The notes under the pieces are model-generated. The model ran no database searches, was not told the DNA's origin, and saw only the letters and a list, made by a program, of their open reading frames with translations. The position numbers and the translations under genes were made by a program. Shown here piece after piece: positions 10,527-19,700 of a DNA stretch of 34,312 nt. The first letter of the stretch is position 1, and every line of letters begins with the position of its first letter. Source of the stretch: Chthoniobacteraceae bacterium (GTDB lineage Bacteria > Verrucomicrobiota > Verrucomicrobiia > Chthoniobacterales > Chthoniobacteraceae); NCBI GenBank assembly GCA_031409335.1, contig JANNWY010000016.1, forward strand, positions 1 to 34,312, in the 5' to 3' direction.

Positions 10527-10547
10527 AGTGGCGGCGGGAAAACTGCG

Positions 10548-13187
10548 TCAACCGCGCGCCACCATTTCCCGCACAACCTCGGCGAGGCCGAGCACGTTGT
10601 CCCAGCGCCGGATCACGACATCCGCCAGGAAAACCAGGATCAGCGCCCACAAGATCGGCGGGGTAAAATCCACGATTTGCGCCCGCGCGGCGCGGACCGG
10701 CGGCAGGCTCGTCGCATCCGCGGAAAGCACCGCGCCGCCCGTGATCGCCGTCGCGCGTTCCAGCAGCGCCGTGTTCACCCGGCCCGTCGCCGTTTCCCCC
10801 GAGACATTCCGCACGAGCCCGCCGGAAACCATCTGCGCCCCGCCGCGCGCGCGGACCAGATAGACGCCCGCTTCACCGAGATCGAACTCGCCCGCGTAGC
10901 GCCCCGGCGCTTCCTGTTCCAGCCGCCGCTGCGCGATCTGCTTCAGCGCGGAGCCGACCGCGCCCGCTGGCAGGAACGACACGTCCGCCTCGATCACCGC
11001 GTCATTGCGGAAACGCGCCGCGTCCTCCATCGCATCCACGATCACCCGCGCGCGGTCGCCGTGCGTCTCAATGCGCAAATCCATTTCATCGCCCTGCGAA
11101 TCACGCGCCGTCTCACGCAGCACCTGACTCCAGAACTGGCCGTAGCCCGCCCAGCCCGTGATCCACAGCGAGGCCCAGCGCGATTTACAATCCGAGGTGA
11201 ACGCCGTCACTTTCCCCAAACCAAAACGCCAGTGCGCCAGCAGCGGATCGTTCAAGTCCGTGACCATCGGGATTTGCGCGGTCGCCTTGCGCTTGGTCTT
11301 CACGTAGCCGAGCAGCGCGGGCGCTTGCGCGGCGTCCCAATCCTTCAACATCGCGTGCCGCTCCACCGCGCGCGGCGCGAACTGCTCCTCGCGCACGAGC
11401 CGCCCCATGTGCTTCATCGCATCCTGCGTAAAGATGCGCGTGATCGCCGCCGGATCGACATTCGCGTAGCACTGTCCGCCGCCCGCCGCGGCCATCGCCT
11501 GCAGCAGTTGAATGTCCGCGTCATTCCCCACGCCGACCGTCGAGACCGTCACGCCGCTCGCCTTCAGTTGCGCGGAGAACGCCTCGTAGCCCGAGCCTTC
11601 GCTCTGCCCGTCGGTCAGCACGATCATGTGTTTGACCTTCGCCTTCACACCGGCGAGCGCCTGCTGGCCCTGCGTCATTCCGGGCTGAATGTTCGTGCCG
11701 CCGCCCGCGTCGATCGTCGCGATCTGGCCCGCCATCGCCGCGCTGTCGCCGCGCTTCGCCATCGGCACGACCGTGCGCGCCTCCGAGTCGAAAGCCACGA
11801 CCGTCACGTAATCCTGCTTCCCGAGAATTTCGACCGTCGCGGCCGCGGCGGATTTGCACAGCTCCAGCTTCTCGCCGGACATCGAGCCCGAGCGGTCGAT
11901 CACCATCGCCAGCGCCACGCTCTGCCGCTCTTCCTCGTCGGGCGCGCGGATTTTCACGGGCAGCAATTCCTCGATCGGCGTGCGGTAATATCCGCCGACG
12001 CCGAACGAATTCGTGCCGCCGATCATCACGAGTCCACCGCCGAGTTTCTCCACGTAATCACGCAGCAAAATCATCGCGCGTTCGCCAAGCAGATGCGCCG
12101 AAACGTCCGAGAGAATCACCGCATCGTAACCGTTCAATTCCTGCAACGTCGCTGGGAGCGATTGCGGCGGGCGCGTTTGCAGCCGCAAGCCTTCGCGCGC
12201 CATCGCATCCACGAGGAAATGCGCCTCGCCCTCCTCGCCCTCGATGTAGAGCAGCAGCGGCCGCCCGCGCACTTCCACGAGCGCGAGCGCCTCGTTATTC
12301 GCCGGCACGCCGTCGCCCGCGAAGCCTTCGAGCTGCACGCGATAGCTGTAGAGATTTCGCTGCTCCGGCGTGCGTTTGAAAACCACGCTCTGCGCCTGGC
12401 CGACCTCCACGCGCACGCGCTGCGTCTCCACTTCGATCCCATTTTCAAAGAGCCGCGCCGAGCCTTCGCCCGCGAGCGAACTCTCGATCTGCGCGCTCAA
12501 CTCCACCGTCGCGCCTTCGTGCAGCCGCGCCTTGCTCGCCGTCAGCGCGACCGCGCGCACATCCGGGCGCAGCTCGCCCGCGATCGGAACCGCGTCGATG
12601 CGGATGCCCGCGAGCGCCGCATCGCGCGCCGCCGCCTCCAGATCGCGGCGTGTCTCGAAGCCATCCGTGAGCAGCACGATGCGCGGCGTTTTCCCCGCGG
12701 GAAATAGTCCGCGCGCCAGGGAAATGCCCGCCGCCAAATCGCTCTGCGCGCCATCGCTTTCGGAGAGCTTCAGATCGGGCACGTATGGGGTCGCCTGCGC
12801 GAGTGCGTGCTCGCCCGTCGAGACGATCGCCACGTTTCCGCGTCCCGCGCGAAGCCGCTCCAGCACTTGCGCCGCCGCCCGCATCCCCGCCGCACCCTGA
12901 CTCGCCGAATGATCCGCGACGAACACGATCGCCTCCTCGGTCGAGCGTCGTTCGCCCGCTGGTCCCGCGAGCGCGAGCAGCGAAAGCAGCACGCCAAGCG
13001 CGCGCACGATCAGGAGCGCCCGCGCGCGCTTTGGCGGCATCGGATGCGTCGTGCGCCGATGCCACCACCACAGCAGCGCGAGGCACGGCACGAAAAGAAA
13101 AAGCAGGCGCGGAGCGGACCAGTCCATATTCAGAAACCACGCCGCATAGGTCGAATAGGTCCCATATGACCCATGGGACTTATCCAT
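10548..13187 (-). CDS. Membrane-anchored double-vWA protein with glutamine-amidotransferase-like (DUF1355-type) domain
   Basis: N-terminal TMs; DHSASQ/LLTDG and MIDAS DRSGSM/LTDG; YDAVILSDV...GGGLVMIGG...FGVGGY..TPIEELLPV; C-terminal TM. GAGGT upstream of ATG 13187; alternative start 13127. Confidence 0.88.
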   Translation of the reverse strand: MDKSHGSYGTYSTYAAWFLNMDWSAPRLLFLFVPCLALLWWWHRRTTHPMPPKRARALLIVRALGVLLSLLALAGPAGERRSTEEAIVFVADHSASQGAAGMRAAAQVLERLRAGRGNVAIVSTGEHALAQATPYVPDLKLSESDGAQSDLAAGISLARGLFPAGKTPRIVLLTDGFETRRDLEAAARDAALAGIRIDAVPIAGELRPDVRAVALTASKARLHEGATVELSAQIESSLAGEGSARLFENGIEVETQRVRVEVGQAQSVVFKRTPEQRNLYSYRVQLEGFAGDGVPANNEALALVEVRGRPLLLYIEGEEGEAHFLVDAMAREGLRLQTRPPQSLPATLQELNGYDAVILSDVSAHLLGERAMILLRDYVEKLGGGLVMIGGTNSFGVGGYYRTPIEELLPVKIRAPDEEERQSVALAMVIDRSGSMSGEKLELCKSAAAATVEILGKQDYVTVVAFDSEARTVVPMAKRGDSAAMAGQIATIDAGGGTNIQPGMTQGQQALAGVKAKVKHMIVLTDGQSEGSGYEAFSAQLKASGVTVSTVGVGNDADIQLLQAMAAAGGGQCYANVDPAAITRIFTQDAMKHMGRLVREEQFAPRAVERHAMLKDWDAAQAPALLGYVKTKRKATAQIPMVTDLNDPLLAHWRFGLGKVTAFTSDCKSRWASLWITGWAGYGQFWSQVLRETARDSQGDEMDLRIETHGDRARVIVDAMEDAARFRNDAVIEADVSFLPAGAVGSALKQIAQRRLEQEAPGRYAGEFDLGEAGVYLVRARGGAQMVSGGLVRNVSGETATGRVNTALLERATAITGGAVLSADATSLPPVRAARAQIVDFTPPILWALILVFLADVVIRRWDNVLGLAEVVREMVARG
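13145..13183. repeat. Degenerate 9-mer array with internal hairpin (GTCCCAT...ATGGGAC)
   Basis: Units cataggtcg/aataggtcc/catatgacc/catgggact; encodes SHGSYGTYSTY in the vWA reading frame. Confidence 0.7.
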
Positions 13188-13214
13188 CTTGCGATTACCT
13201 CAAGGCATTCCATT

Positions 13215-15026
13215 TCAATGCACCGCATGACGATGAAACAGCCAGCTTTCGACCAGTAAAACCGCGAGCACCAGCCAAAGCAGCGGCCCGCTTAAATCCC
13301 CGCGCAGCCCGCGAACCCGCTCCGGCGCTTGATCCGCCGCCGCCGCGCCCGCCGGCAGCAAAGTCTCGCGCCCCGAAAGCAGCGCCGCACTTCCCGCATC
13401 CCCACCATCCGTTTTCCAAAGGCCAATGCGATCCAGCGCCGCCCACCCATTTCGCAACGGTGCGCGCGTAGTCTCCGCACCATCCGCCTTCACCCACGCA
13501 AAATTTTCCCCGCGCAAAGTCACACTCTCGCCCGTGCGCCGGACCCGGGTGCCGGACAGCTCCGTCCTTGGCTGCGAAACCCAGTGAATCGCATTCCCCA
13601 GCAGGAGCGGATACGACGCCGAAAGTGGCAGATTTTCCGACTGCTCCGGCGCAAATCCGAGCACCACCACGCGCTGCCCGCGCGCATCGCCCGCGGCGAG
13701 CAATGGCCCGCCAGGCCCCGTCCACAAAGGCTCCAGCGCGCCCTCGGCGGCGAGCACGGCGGTTTGCGTGAGCGCCAGTCGCGCGGTCGCCACGCCGAAA
13801 AGCAGCGGATGCCGCTCGCGCGTCGCCCGGAGTCGATCGACCGGCAATCCCGCGCCCTGCATCCGCACCGCCTGCACCGGCCCGAGCGCGCCCGGCGGAT
13901 TGATCACGATCACCGGCACATCCGCAGGCCACTCTTTCGGCAGCCAGTTTTGAAAAATGACCGCGTCCACAGGCTCCTGCGGCGGCCACGCTTCGGGCGC
14001 GGCGCGGAAGACGGCGAGTTCGCCTTCGCGGCTGATCGCGGTGAGCGCGAGCTGCGTGAATGGATCGGGCTGCGCGCTGACCCACAGCACTTTCACCGTG
14101 CGCGGCTCGGGGATTCGCGCGGTCACTTCATCATCCTCCGCGAGTTGATCGCCCGGTGTGATCGCGCGCACGCTCACGAGTTTTCCGGTCGCCGCGTCGA
14201 TCGGCAAAAGCAGGCTTTCGCGGCCGCCGGGCGGCAGCGTCAACTCGCGCACGGCAGTCAGCGTGCCGTCGATGCGCACTTCCACTTTCGTCTCCGAAGG
14301 GCTCGCGCCGACCGCCTGCAAATGTACGAACGCCTCGCAGCCGCTCGCCTCCAGCGGCAGCCGCCGGATGTCGAATCCGCTGATGCCCACATTGCGCGGA
14401 GCCGCGAGCGGGACGGCGATGGATTCCGCGCCGCCCTCCGCCTTCTCGTCCGATGCGAACCAAATTGCGGACGGTGTCTCCAGCGCGGCGAGCTGCGATC
14501 CGAGTCGCAGCGCGGGCGCGGGATCGCCCTCGATCGGTCGCACGGTCAGCGCATTCAGGGCGCGCTCCACCGCGGGGCGATCATACGTTTTCGTCACGAC
14601 GATTTCCGCCTGCCGATCAAACGCAATCAGTATCACCGCGACACTGCCCGGCATTCCCGCGAGCCGCGCGCGCACCCGTCCGCGAGCCTCGTCCAGCCGC
14701 GTCGCACCGCGCTCATCCTTCGCCGCCATTGACGCCGAACGATCCACGATCACGACCACACTTTTCACCCCGCCCGCCGGCGGCGAAACGACGAGACGTG
14801 CGAGCGCACCGACCGCACTCGCGATCACGAGCAGCGTGAGCAGCAGCGAAAGCAGGCGCTTCAACCAACGCAGCCACGCCGACTCGCGATGTTCGCGTGC
14901 GAGCGATTTGAAAAACAGCAGCGAACTGACCGGCACGCGCCGCGGGCGGCGGCGGAAAAGAAAAAGCAGCAACGGCACCAGCGCCGCGAGCGCCCAGACG
15001 AGTTGCGAGGATTCGAGAAAGCGCAT
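13215..15026 (-). CDS. BatA-domain / vWA membrane protein
   Basis: N-terminal PLLLFLFRRRPRRVPVSSLLFF (BatA-like), MIDAS DRSASM, C-terminal TM ending LLVESWL. Confidence 0.88.
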   Translation of the reverse strand: MRFLESSQLVWALAALVPLLLFLFRRRPRRVPVSSLLFFKSLAREHRESAWLRWLKRLLSLLLTLLVIASAVGALARLVVSPPAGGVKSVVVIVDRSASMAAKDERGATRLDEARGRVRARLAGMPGSVAVILIAFDRQAEIVVTKTYDRPAVERALNALTVRPIEGDPAPALRLGSQLAALETPSAIWFASDEKAEGGAESIAVPLAAPRNVGISGFDIRRLPLEASGCEAFVHLQAVGASPSETKVEVRIDGTLTAVRELTLPPGGRESLLLPIDAATGKLVSVRAITPGDQLAEDDEVTARIPEPRTVKVLWVSAQPDPFTQLALTAISREGELAVFRAAPEAWPPQEPVDAVIFQNWLPKEWPADVPVIVINPPGALGPVQAVRMQGAGLPVDRLRATRERHPLLFGVATARLALTQTAVLAAEGALEPLWTGPGGPLLAAGDARGQRVVVLGFAPEQSENLPLSASYPLLLGNAIHWVSQPRTELSGTRVRRTGESVTLRGENFAWVKADGAETTRAPLRNGWAALDRIGLWKTDGGDAGSAALLSGRETLLPAGAAAADQAPERVRGLRGDLSGPLLWLVLAVLLVESWLFHRHAVH

Positions 15027-15069
15027 GGCGGTTAGCAACCACGCCTCCCGAAACGCCCCGCGCGCGGAT

Positions 15070-15681
15070 TTATCTCCGGCGCTTCTTTTTCAACCCCGCG
15101 AGAAACTCCCGGCGCGCCTGTGTCACGCTGGGAATCCGCGCGCATTTTTCCAGCAAAGCGAGATCGAGATTCGGGAAATGCAGGCATCGCGACGCGGGGG
15201 CATAGGCACCGTTTTCGAAATGAAAAACGCGCAGCCGGTCGCTTTGCCAGATCCACACCTCCGGGATTTGCCAGCGCCGGTAAAGCTCCAGCGTGTCGAT
15301 GCCGCCGCGCGTGATCGCCACTTCGATCGCGAGGTCCGGCGTTTTTTTCTGAACGTGAAAACAATAGGACTCGTCCGGCTCCTTCGCGGCTTTCTTGCGT
15401 TTGCTTTCGAGCGTGGCATTTCCGTGCGGGAAAATCTCCACGTCCTTCTCGAAGAGATACGCCTCCAGTAAACGCCCGAGGTGGGACTTCCGTGATTCGT
15501 GTTCGAGGGAGACCGTCATAAATTGGATGATGCCGTCGAGATAACTGACCCGTGCTCCGCGGCCTTCGCCGAGGGTGGTTTGGAAAGTCTTGAACTCCTC
15601 CCAACTCACCCCGCCAAACATCATCCGCTGCTCGCCTCTGCGGCGCGGCAGCTTGGGAGATTCGAGAGTGCTTGCGCTCAT
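15070..15681 (-). CDS. Uma2-family (DUF820) PD-(D/E)XK endonuclease-like protein
   Basis: GVSWEEF, RVSYLDG, EHE, EPDESYC, PDLAIEVAIT, YRRWQIPEVWIW. Confidence 0.9.
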   Translation of the reverse strand: MSASTLESPKLPRRRGEQRMMFGGVSWEEFKTFQTTLGEGRGARVSYLDGIIQFMTVSLEHESRKSHLGRLLEAYLFEKDVEIFPHGNATLESKRKKAAKEPDESYCFHVQKKTPDLAIEVAITRGGIDTLELYRRWQIPEVWIWQSDRLRVFHFENGAYAPASRCLHFPNLDLALLEKCARIPSVTQARREFLAGLKKKRRR

Positions 15682-15743
15682 GCGGCGAGGATACAAGCGA
15701 CAGAGGTTGTTGCAAACCTGCGCTGGGAAAATCGCGGATTCTC

Positions 15744-15839
15744 AAACACAGAGGCACAGAGGGCACGGAGGTACACAGAGACAGAAATTTTAAGGCAGAA
15801 TTCTCTGTGTAGCTCCGTGCCCTCTGTGCCTCTGTGTTT
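15744..15839. repeat. 38-bp inverted repeat built of CACAGAG-type periodic units, 20-nt loop
   Basis: AAACACAGAGGCACAGAGGGCACGGAGGTACACAGAGA (15744-15781) pairs with 15802-15839 with one mismatch. Confidence 0.95.
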
Positions 15840-15868
15840 AGAAAAGAAACGCGCATGGTAATCTCCAC

Positions 15869-16768
15869 TCACTTCCCCGCCAGCGCGCTGCCGCGCATGA
15901 GCAGGCCGAGGAATGCCTCCTCGAATGCCTGATCGGTGCGCCAGCGCAGATAGTCGATCTGCCGTCGCAGGCACGCGGACTCCAGGTTTTCGACGAACTC
16001 GCGGAAGTTCGCCGCATACAAATCGAGGTCGCGTCGCGTGAGCCACATGCGCCGCATTTCGTTCGTCTCGACATCGACGAGTTGCAATTCGCCCTCGATG
16101 TCCGGCGTCATCTCGCGCGGGTCCAGGATGTGAATGACGTGCGTTTCCGCTGGCCAGGTGGTGGCCTGGAGCACCGCTTCCTCCGAGCGTTCCGGCGCAT
16201 TCCCGAGCAAATCCGAAAGCACAAAGACGATGCCGCGCCGGTCGCGGGTCGGGCGGAATTGCCGCAGCGCCGCGACGAGATCCGTCTCGCCGGAAAACTC
16301 CAGCCCGGCCAGCACGCGCAGCACTTCGTGAATGTGGCCTTCGCCTTTGAGCGGCGGCAGCAGCCGCGCGCATTTCGCGGTGAGCCCGTGCAGCGAGACG
16401 CGGTGCTGGCTCGCGAGCCCGAGGAAGGCGAGCGCCGCGGCGAGCCGCAAAGCAGCGACCCGCTTTCCGGGAAAGGGCTCCGCCATCGACGTGCTGCAAT
16501 CGACGAGGATGTGGACGTGAAACTCCTGCACCTCCTCGAAGACGCGGATGAACAGCCGCTCCAGCCGCGCGAACACGCGCCAGTCGATCGCGCGAAAATC
16601 GTCGCCGCTCGTGTAGTGGCGGTGATCCTTGAACTCGCGCGTGAAGCCCGCTGACGGCGAATTCTGCGCGCCCTTTTTTTTCAACGCGCGACGTTTCCGC
16701 AGCCGGAAAAAAAGCGCGCGCAGCCGCCCGAGAAAGCGCGGATCGAACAGCTCGGTTTCCGCGATCAT
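15869..16768 (-). CDS. DUF58 (vWA-like) protein, MoxR-associated
   Basis: EFKDHRHYTSGDDFRAIDWRVFAR, DCSTSM, VLSDL. Confidence 0.93.
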   Translation of the reverse strand: MIAETELFDPRFLGRLRALFFRLRKRRALKKKGAQNSPSAGFTREFKDHRHYTSGDDFRAIDWRVFARLERLFIRVFEEVQEFHVHILVDCSTSMAEPFPGKRVAALRLAAALAFLGLASQHRVSLHGLTAKCARLLPPLKGEGHIHEVLRVLAGLEFSGETDLVAALRQFRPTRDRRGIVFVLSDLLGNAPERSEEAVLQATTWPAETHVIHILDPREMTPDIEGELQLVDVETNEMRRMWLTRRDLDLYAANFREFVENLESACLRRQIDYLRWRTDQAFEEAFLGLLMRGSALAGK

Positions 16769-19700
16769 TGCGACTCCTCGCCCGCGAGCGCGACGAGTCG
16801 GCCTGGGTCGGATTCGGTGTAAAGAATGCCGTCCGCGACGAGTGCGTTCACCGGGGCTGGTGGGTGGTATGGCTGTCCATAGCGTTGAGCCATCCGATAG
16901 TTCGCGGAGGCCGGCCCGGCGGCAGTTTTCACGGCGGGCGCCACATTCTCCGGCCAGCTCGCGCTGAAAATCCGCGTGCCCGCCCGCGCGTGATACGCAG
17001 AGATTCCCGCAGGCGTGCTGACATACACCAGCGGCCCGTCGATCGCCGCGCGCGCAGTGGTTTCTCCTCGGTTCGCCCAGCCTTGGACGAACTCGTCATA
17101 AGGATCGACCGCACCATCGGCGTCGGCGCTGACACCATCTCCGACCTCCGCCTTCAAGTTGATGGCTTTGTAGTCTCCCGATTCCAAACCCGCCACACTC
17201 AGCGACGTGCCGGATAAAACGGCCGCGGCGCGGCCTGCCACGCCGATCCACGTCCCATTCACCGGGACACGGGTGCTGGCGAAGGGCAGGTCGAGCCGGA
17301 GCATTCGCAGGCCGTCGCTCGAAAACAGCAGCGCGTGCGGCCCGTGCAGCACGGCCCTGCGCATCTGCCCGGCATCCGTCAATCCGCCAGCCCACGCCGC
17401 CGCGGTGCCTGCCAGGGCAAATTGCTGGCCGGCCTGCGGCATCCAGCCGTAGCGGCCGAATTGCTGGCGCATATGGTGGTCGAGCGCCGCGATGCCTTGA
17501 AAACTGCTGCCGTAAGATCGTCTCGAAAACGTGGGTGCGCTGGCGGATGCCGCCGCGTTTCCGTCGGCAAGCGATACGGGAAAGTGGCGCGCGCGCGCCA
17601 CGTCGAACGACCACATCACTTCGCCGTTTTGCGCGTTCACGATCACCGTCACCGCGCCGTAAAGCAGGATGCGCCCTTCGGAAAAACTCGCGCCGGAATT
17701 CAGCGCGTGCAGTGGAAACGTCGGCGGTTTTCCAGGGTATTTGCGCTCCCACTGCACCTTACCCGTCTCCGGCTGGAGCGCTTGGATGCGCGCCTTCACC
17801 GGCTCGCAGACGAGCACCGTCCCGGCATGGACAAAGAGCGCCGGAAACATGCCCGGCGCCGTGCCGGGCTCTGCGTCCGCCGCGCGCCAGAGCATGCGCC
17901 CGTCCTCCGCGGACCAGCATTCGATTCCGCCATTGTTTGGCAGAAAAATGCGGCCTGCATCCACCACCGGCATCGCATCCGACGGCGCGTTCATCGAGCC
18001 GGTATACTCATTCTGCGTCGGCAGGATCTGGCGCGGACCGTCGCGCGACCAGAGCAGTTTGCCGCCCGCTTTCGCAATGCAGTACAGCTTTCCCGCAGCG
18101 TCGATCACGAGCACCCGGTTCGCGTCGAGCGTCAGGATTCTTGAAACGGCTGCGCGCTGATCGGTCTCGAAGGCCCAGCGCGTTTTCAGTTTTCCACGCG
18201 GACCGGATTGCGCCGCCGCTGGCAGCGCGGGCTGTGGCGGCGTGGTGAGAAGTTCGCGCGCCTGATCCAGTGCGATCACGAGTCCATCGGGAAATGCGAT
18301 CGTCAATTTCTCCGGCTCCGCGGGCTCCACTTTTTCGTCCGCGATCTTTGGTGCGGGAAGCGCGGCGACGCGTTCGAGTTCGCGGATCGCTTCATCGCGC
18401 GCGGGCCGCTGGCCGAGCCGGTTCAAGACATACGCGCGCGTCCACGCGATCCACAGCCACTCGTCGCGCTGCTCCGCCAGTCGCCCGGCGGCGTCGAGCA
18501 TCGGCAGCGCCTCGCTCAACCGGGCGGGATCTGCGTCGCGCACGAACTCGCTCAGCGAGCGCCAGTGCGAAGCGAGCAGGTGTTCCTTCAGCGTGCGGCG
18601 CGCCGTTTCGGAGAGCGGCATCCGATCGACTCCCGCGAGCAATTGCCGCAGCGCGCCGCGCAGTTTTTCCTCGTCGTCATTGGTCGCGAGCGCGGTGATC
18701 CAGCGTTCCCAAGTCGCGCGATTCGCGGGCTCCAGTTCCGTCAGCCTTTCGAGAATCGCGAAGATCACCTTCCCGCTGCCGCCGCCACGCTGGCGCAGCA
18801 GATTCTCCAGTCCGGTGAGCAACGACGCGTCGTTCACTTTTTTCACGTCGATCTGATCCGGCCTGTCGAAACGCATCATCGGCGGCATCCCATCTTCGCG
18901 CTTCTGCCGCGACGCCAGCAGCGCGAGCCGGATGCGGTAGTCGGACTCGCGCGCGGGATCGTCATTGATCAGCGCCTTCAACTGCTCCTCCGCCGCCGCG
19001 GCCTGCGCGGGCGCATTCTCGATGAGTGAAAGTTGACGCCGCCGCAGTTCGATCTTCAGCTCGATCGGAAGCTCTCCCGCGAGCGCCGTGGCGATCATCG
19101 CCGCGACTTCATCCTTCTGCCCGTGCGCCGCCGCGACTTCGGCGAAAATCAACCGCCGCTCGCGTTCATCGCCCGACCATCCGCCGGGCGCGGCCAGCAG
19201 GCGCTCCTGTTCCGCCGCGACGAAGACGGCCTCGTTTTCAAACGACTCGTGAAACGTGACCGCCTCCTCCAGCCAGCGTCGGTAACGCGCCTCGGTATCC
19301 GCGAGTTTGCGCGTCTCCGCGATCAGCGTTTCCGCCTCCTTCCGATCCGCGAGGCGGGTCGCGACGGTGAGCTGCATCAGCCGCAGATCGAAGTTCTGCG
19401 GCTCCTTCGCCACGCGTCCGGCGAGCGTCGCGCGCGCCTCGCCGAACATCTCCTGCTTGAGAAAAAACTGGATCACATCGAGCAAGTTTTCGGTCTCCGT
19501 GTCGTCGGAAAGTGTGCCCGCGAAAAGCTCGCGCGCCTTGTCCTTGCGGCCGATCGCGAGCCACGTCTCGGCGAGTTCGCGGCGCACGTCGAGGCGGCCG
19601 GGCGCGAGTTCGATCGCGCGTCCGAACAGCTCCGCGGCATCCGCGTGCAGCGAAGAGCGGCGGAGGAAACGCGCGAGTTCGAGGAGCTGCGCGAGCCGCG

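Noticed and set aside
15032..15868. 278-aa ORF spanning the hairpin and Uma2 in another frame
   Set aside because: No recognisable domain and overlaps Uma2 out of frame; only its ATG 15856 context is treated as informative.
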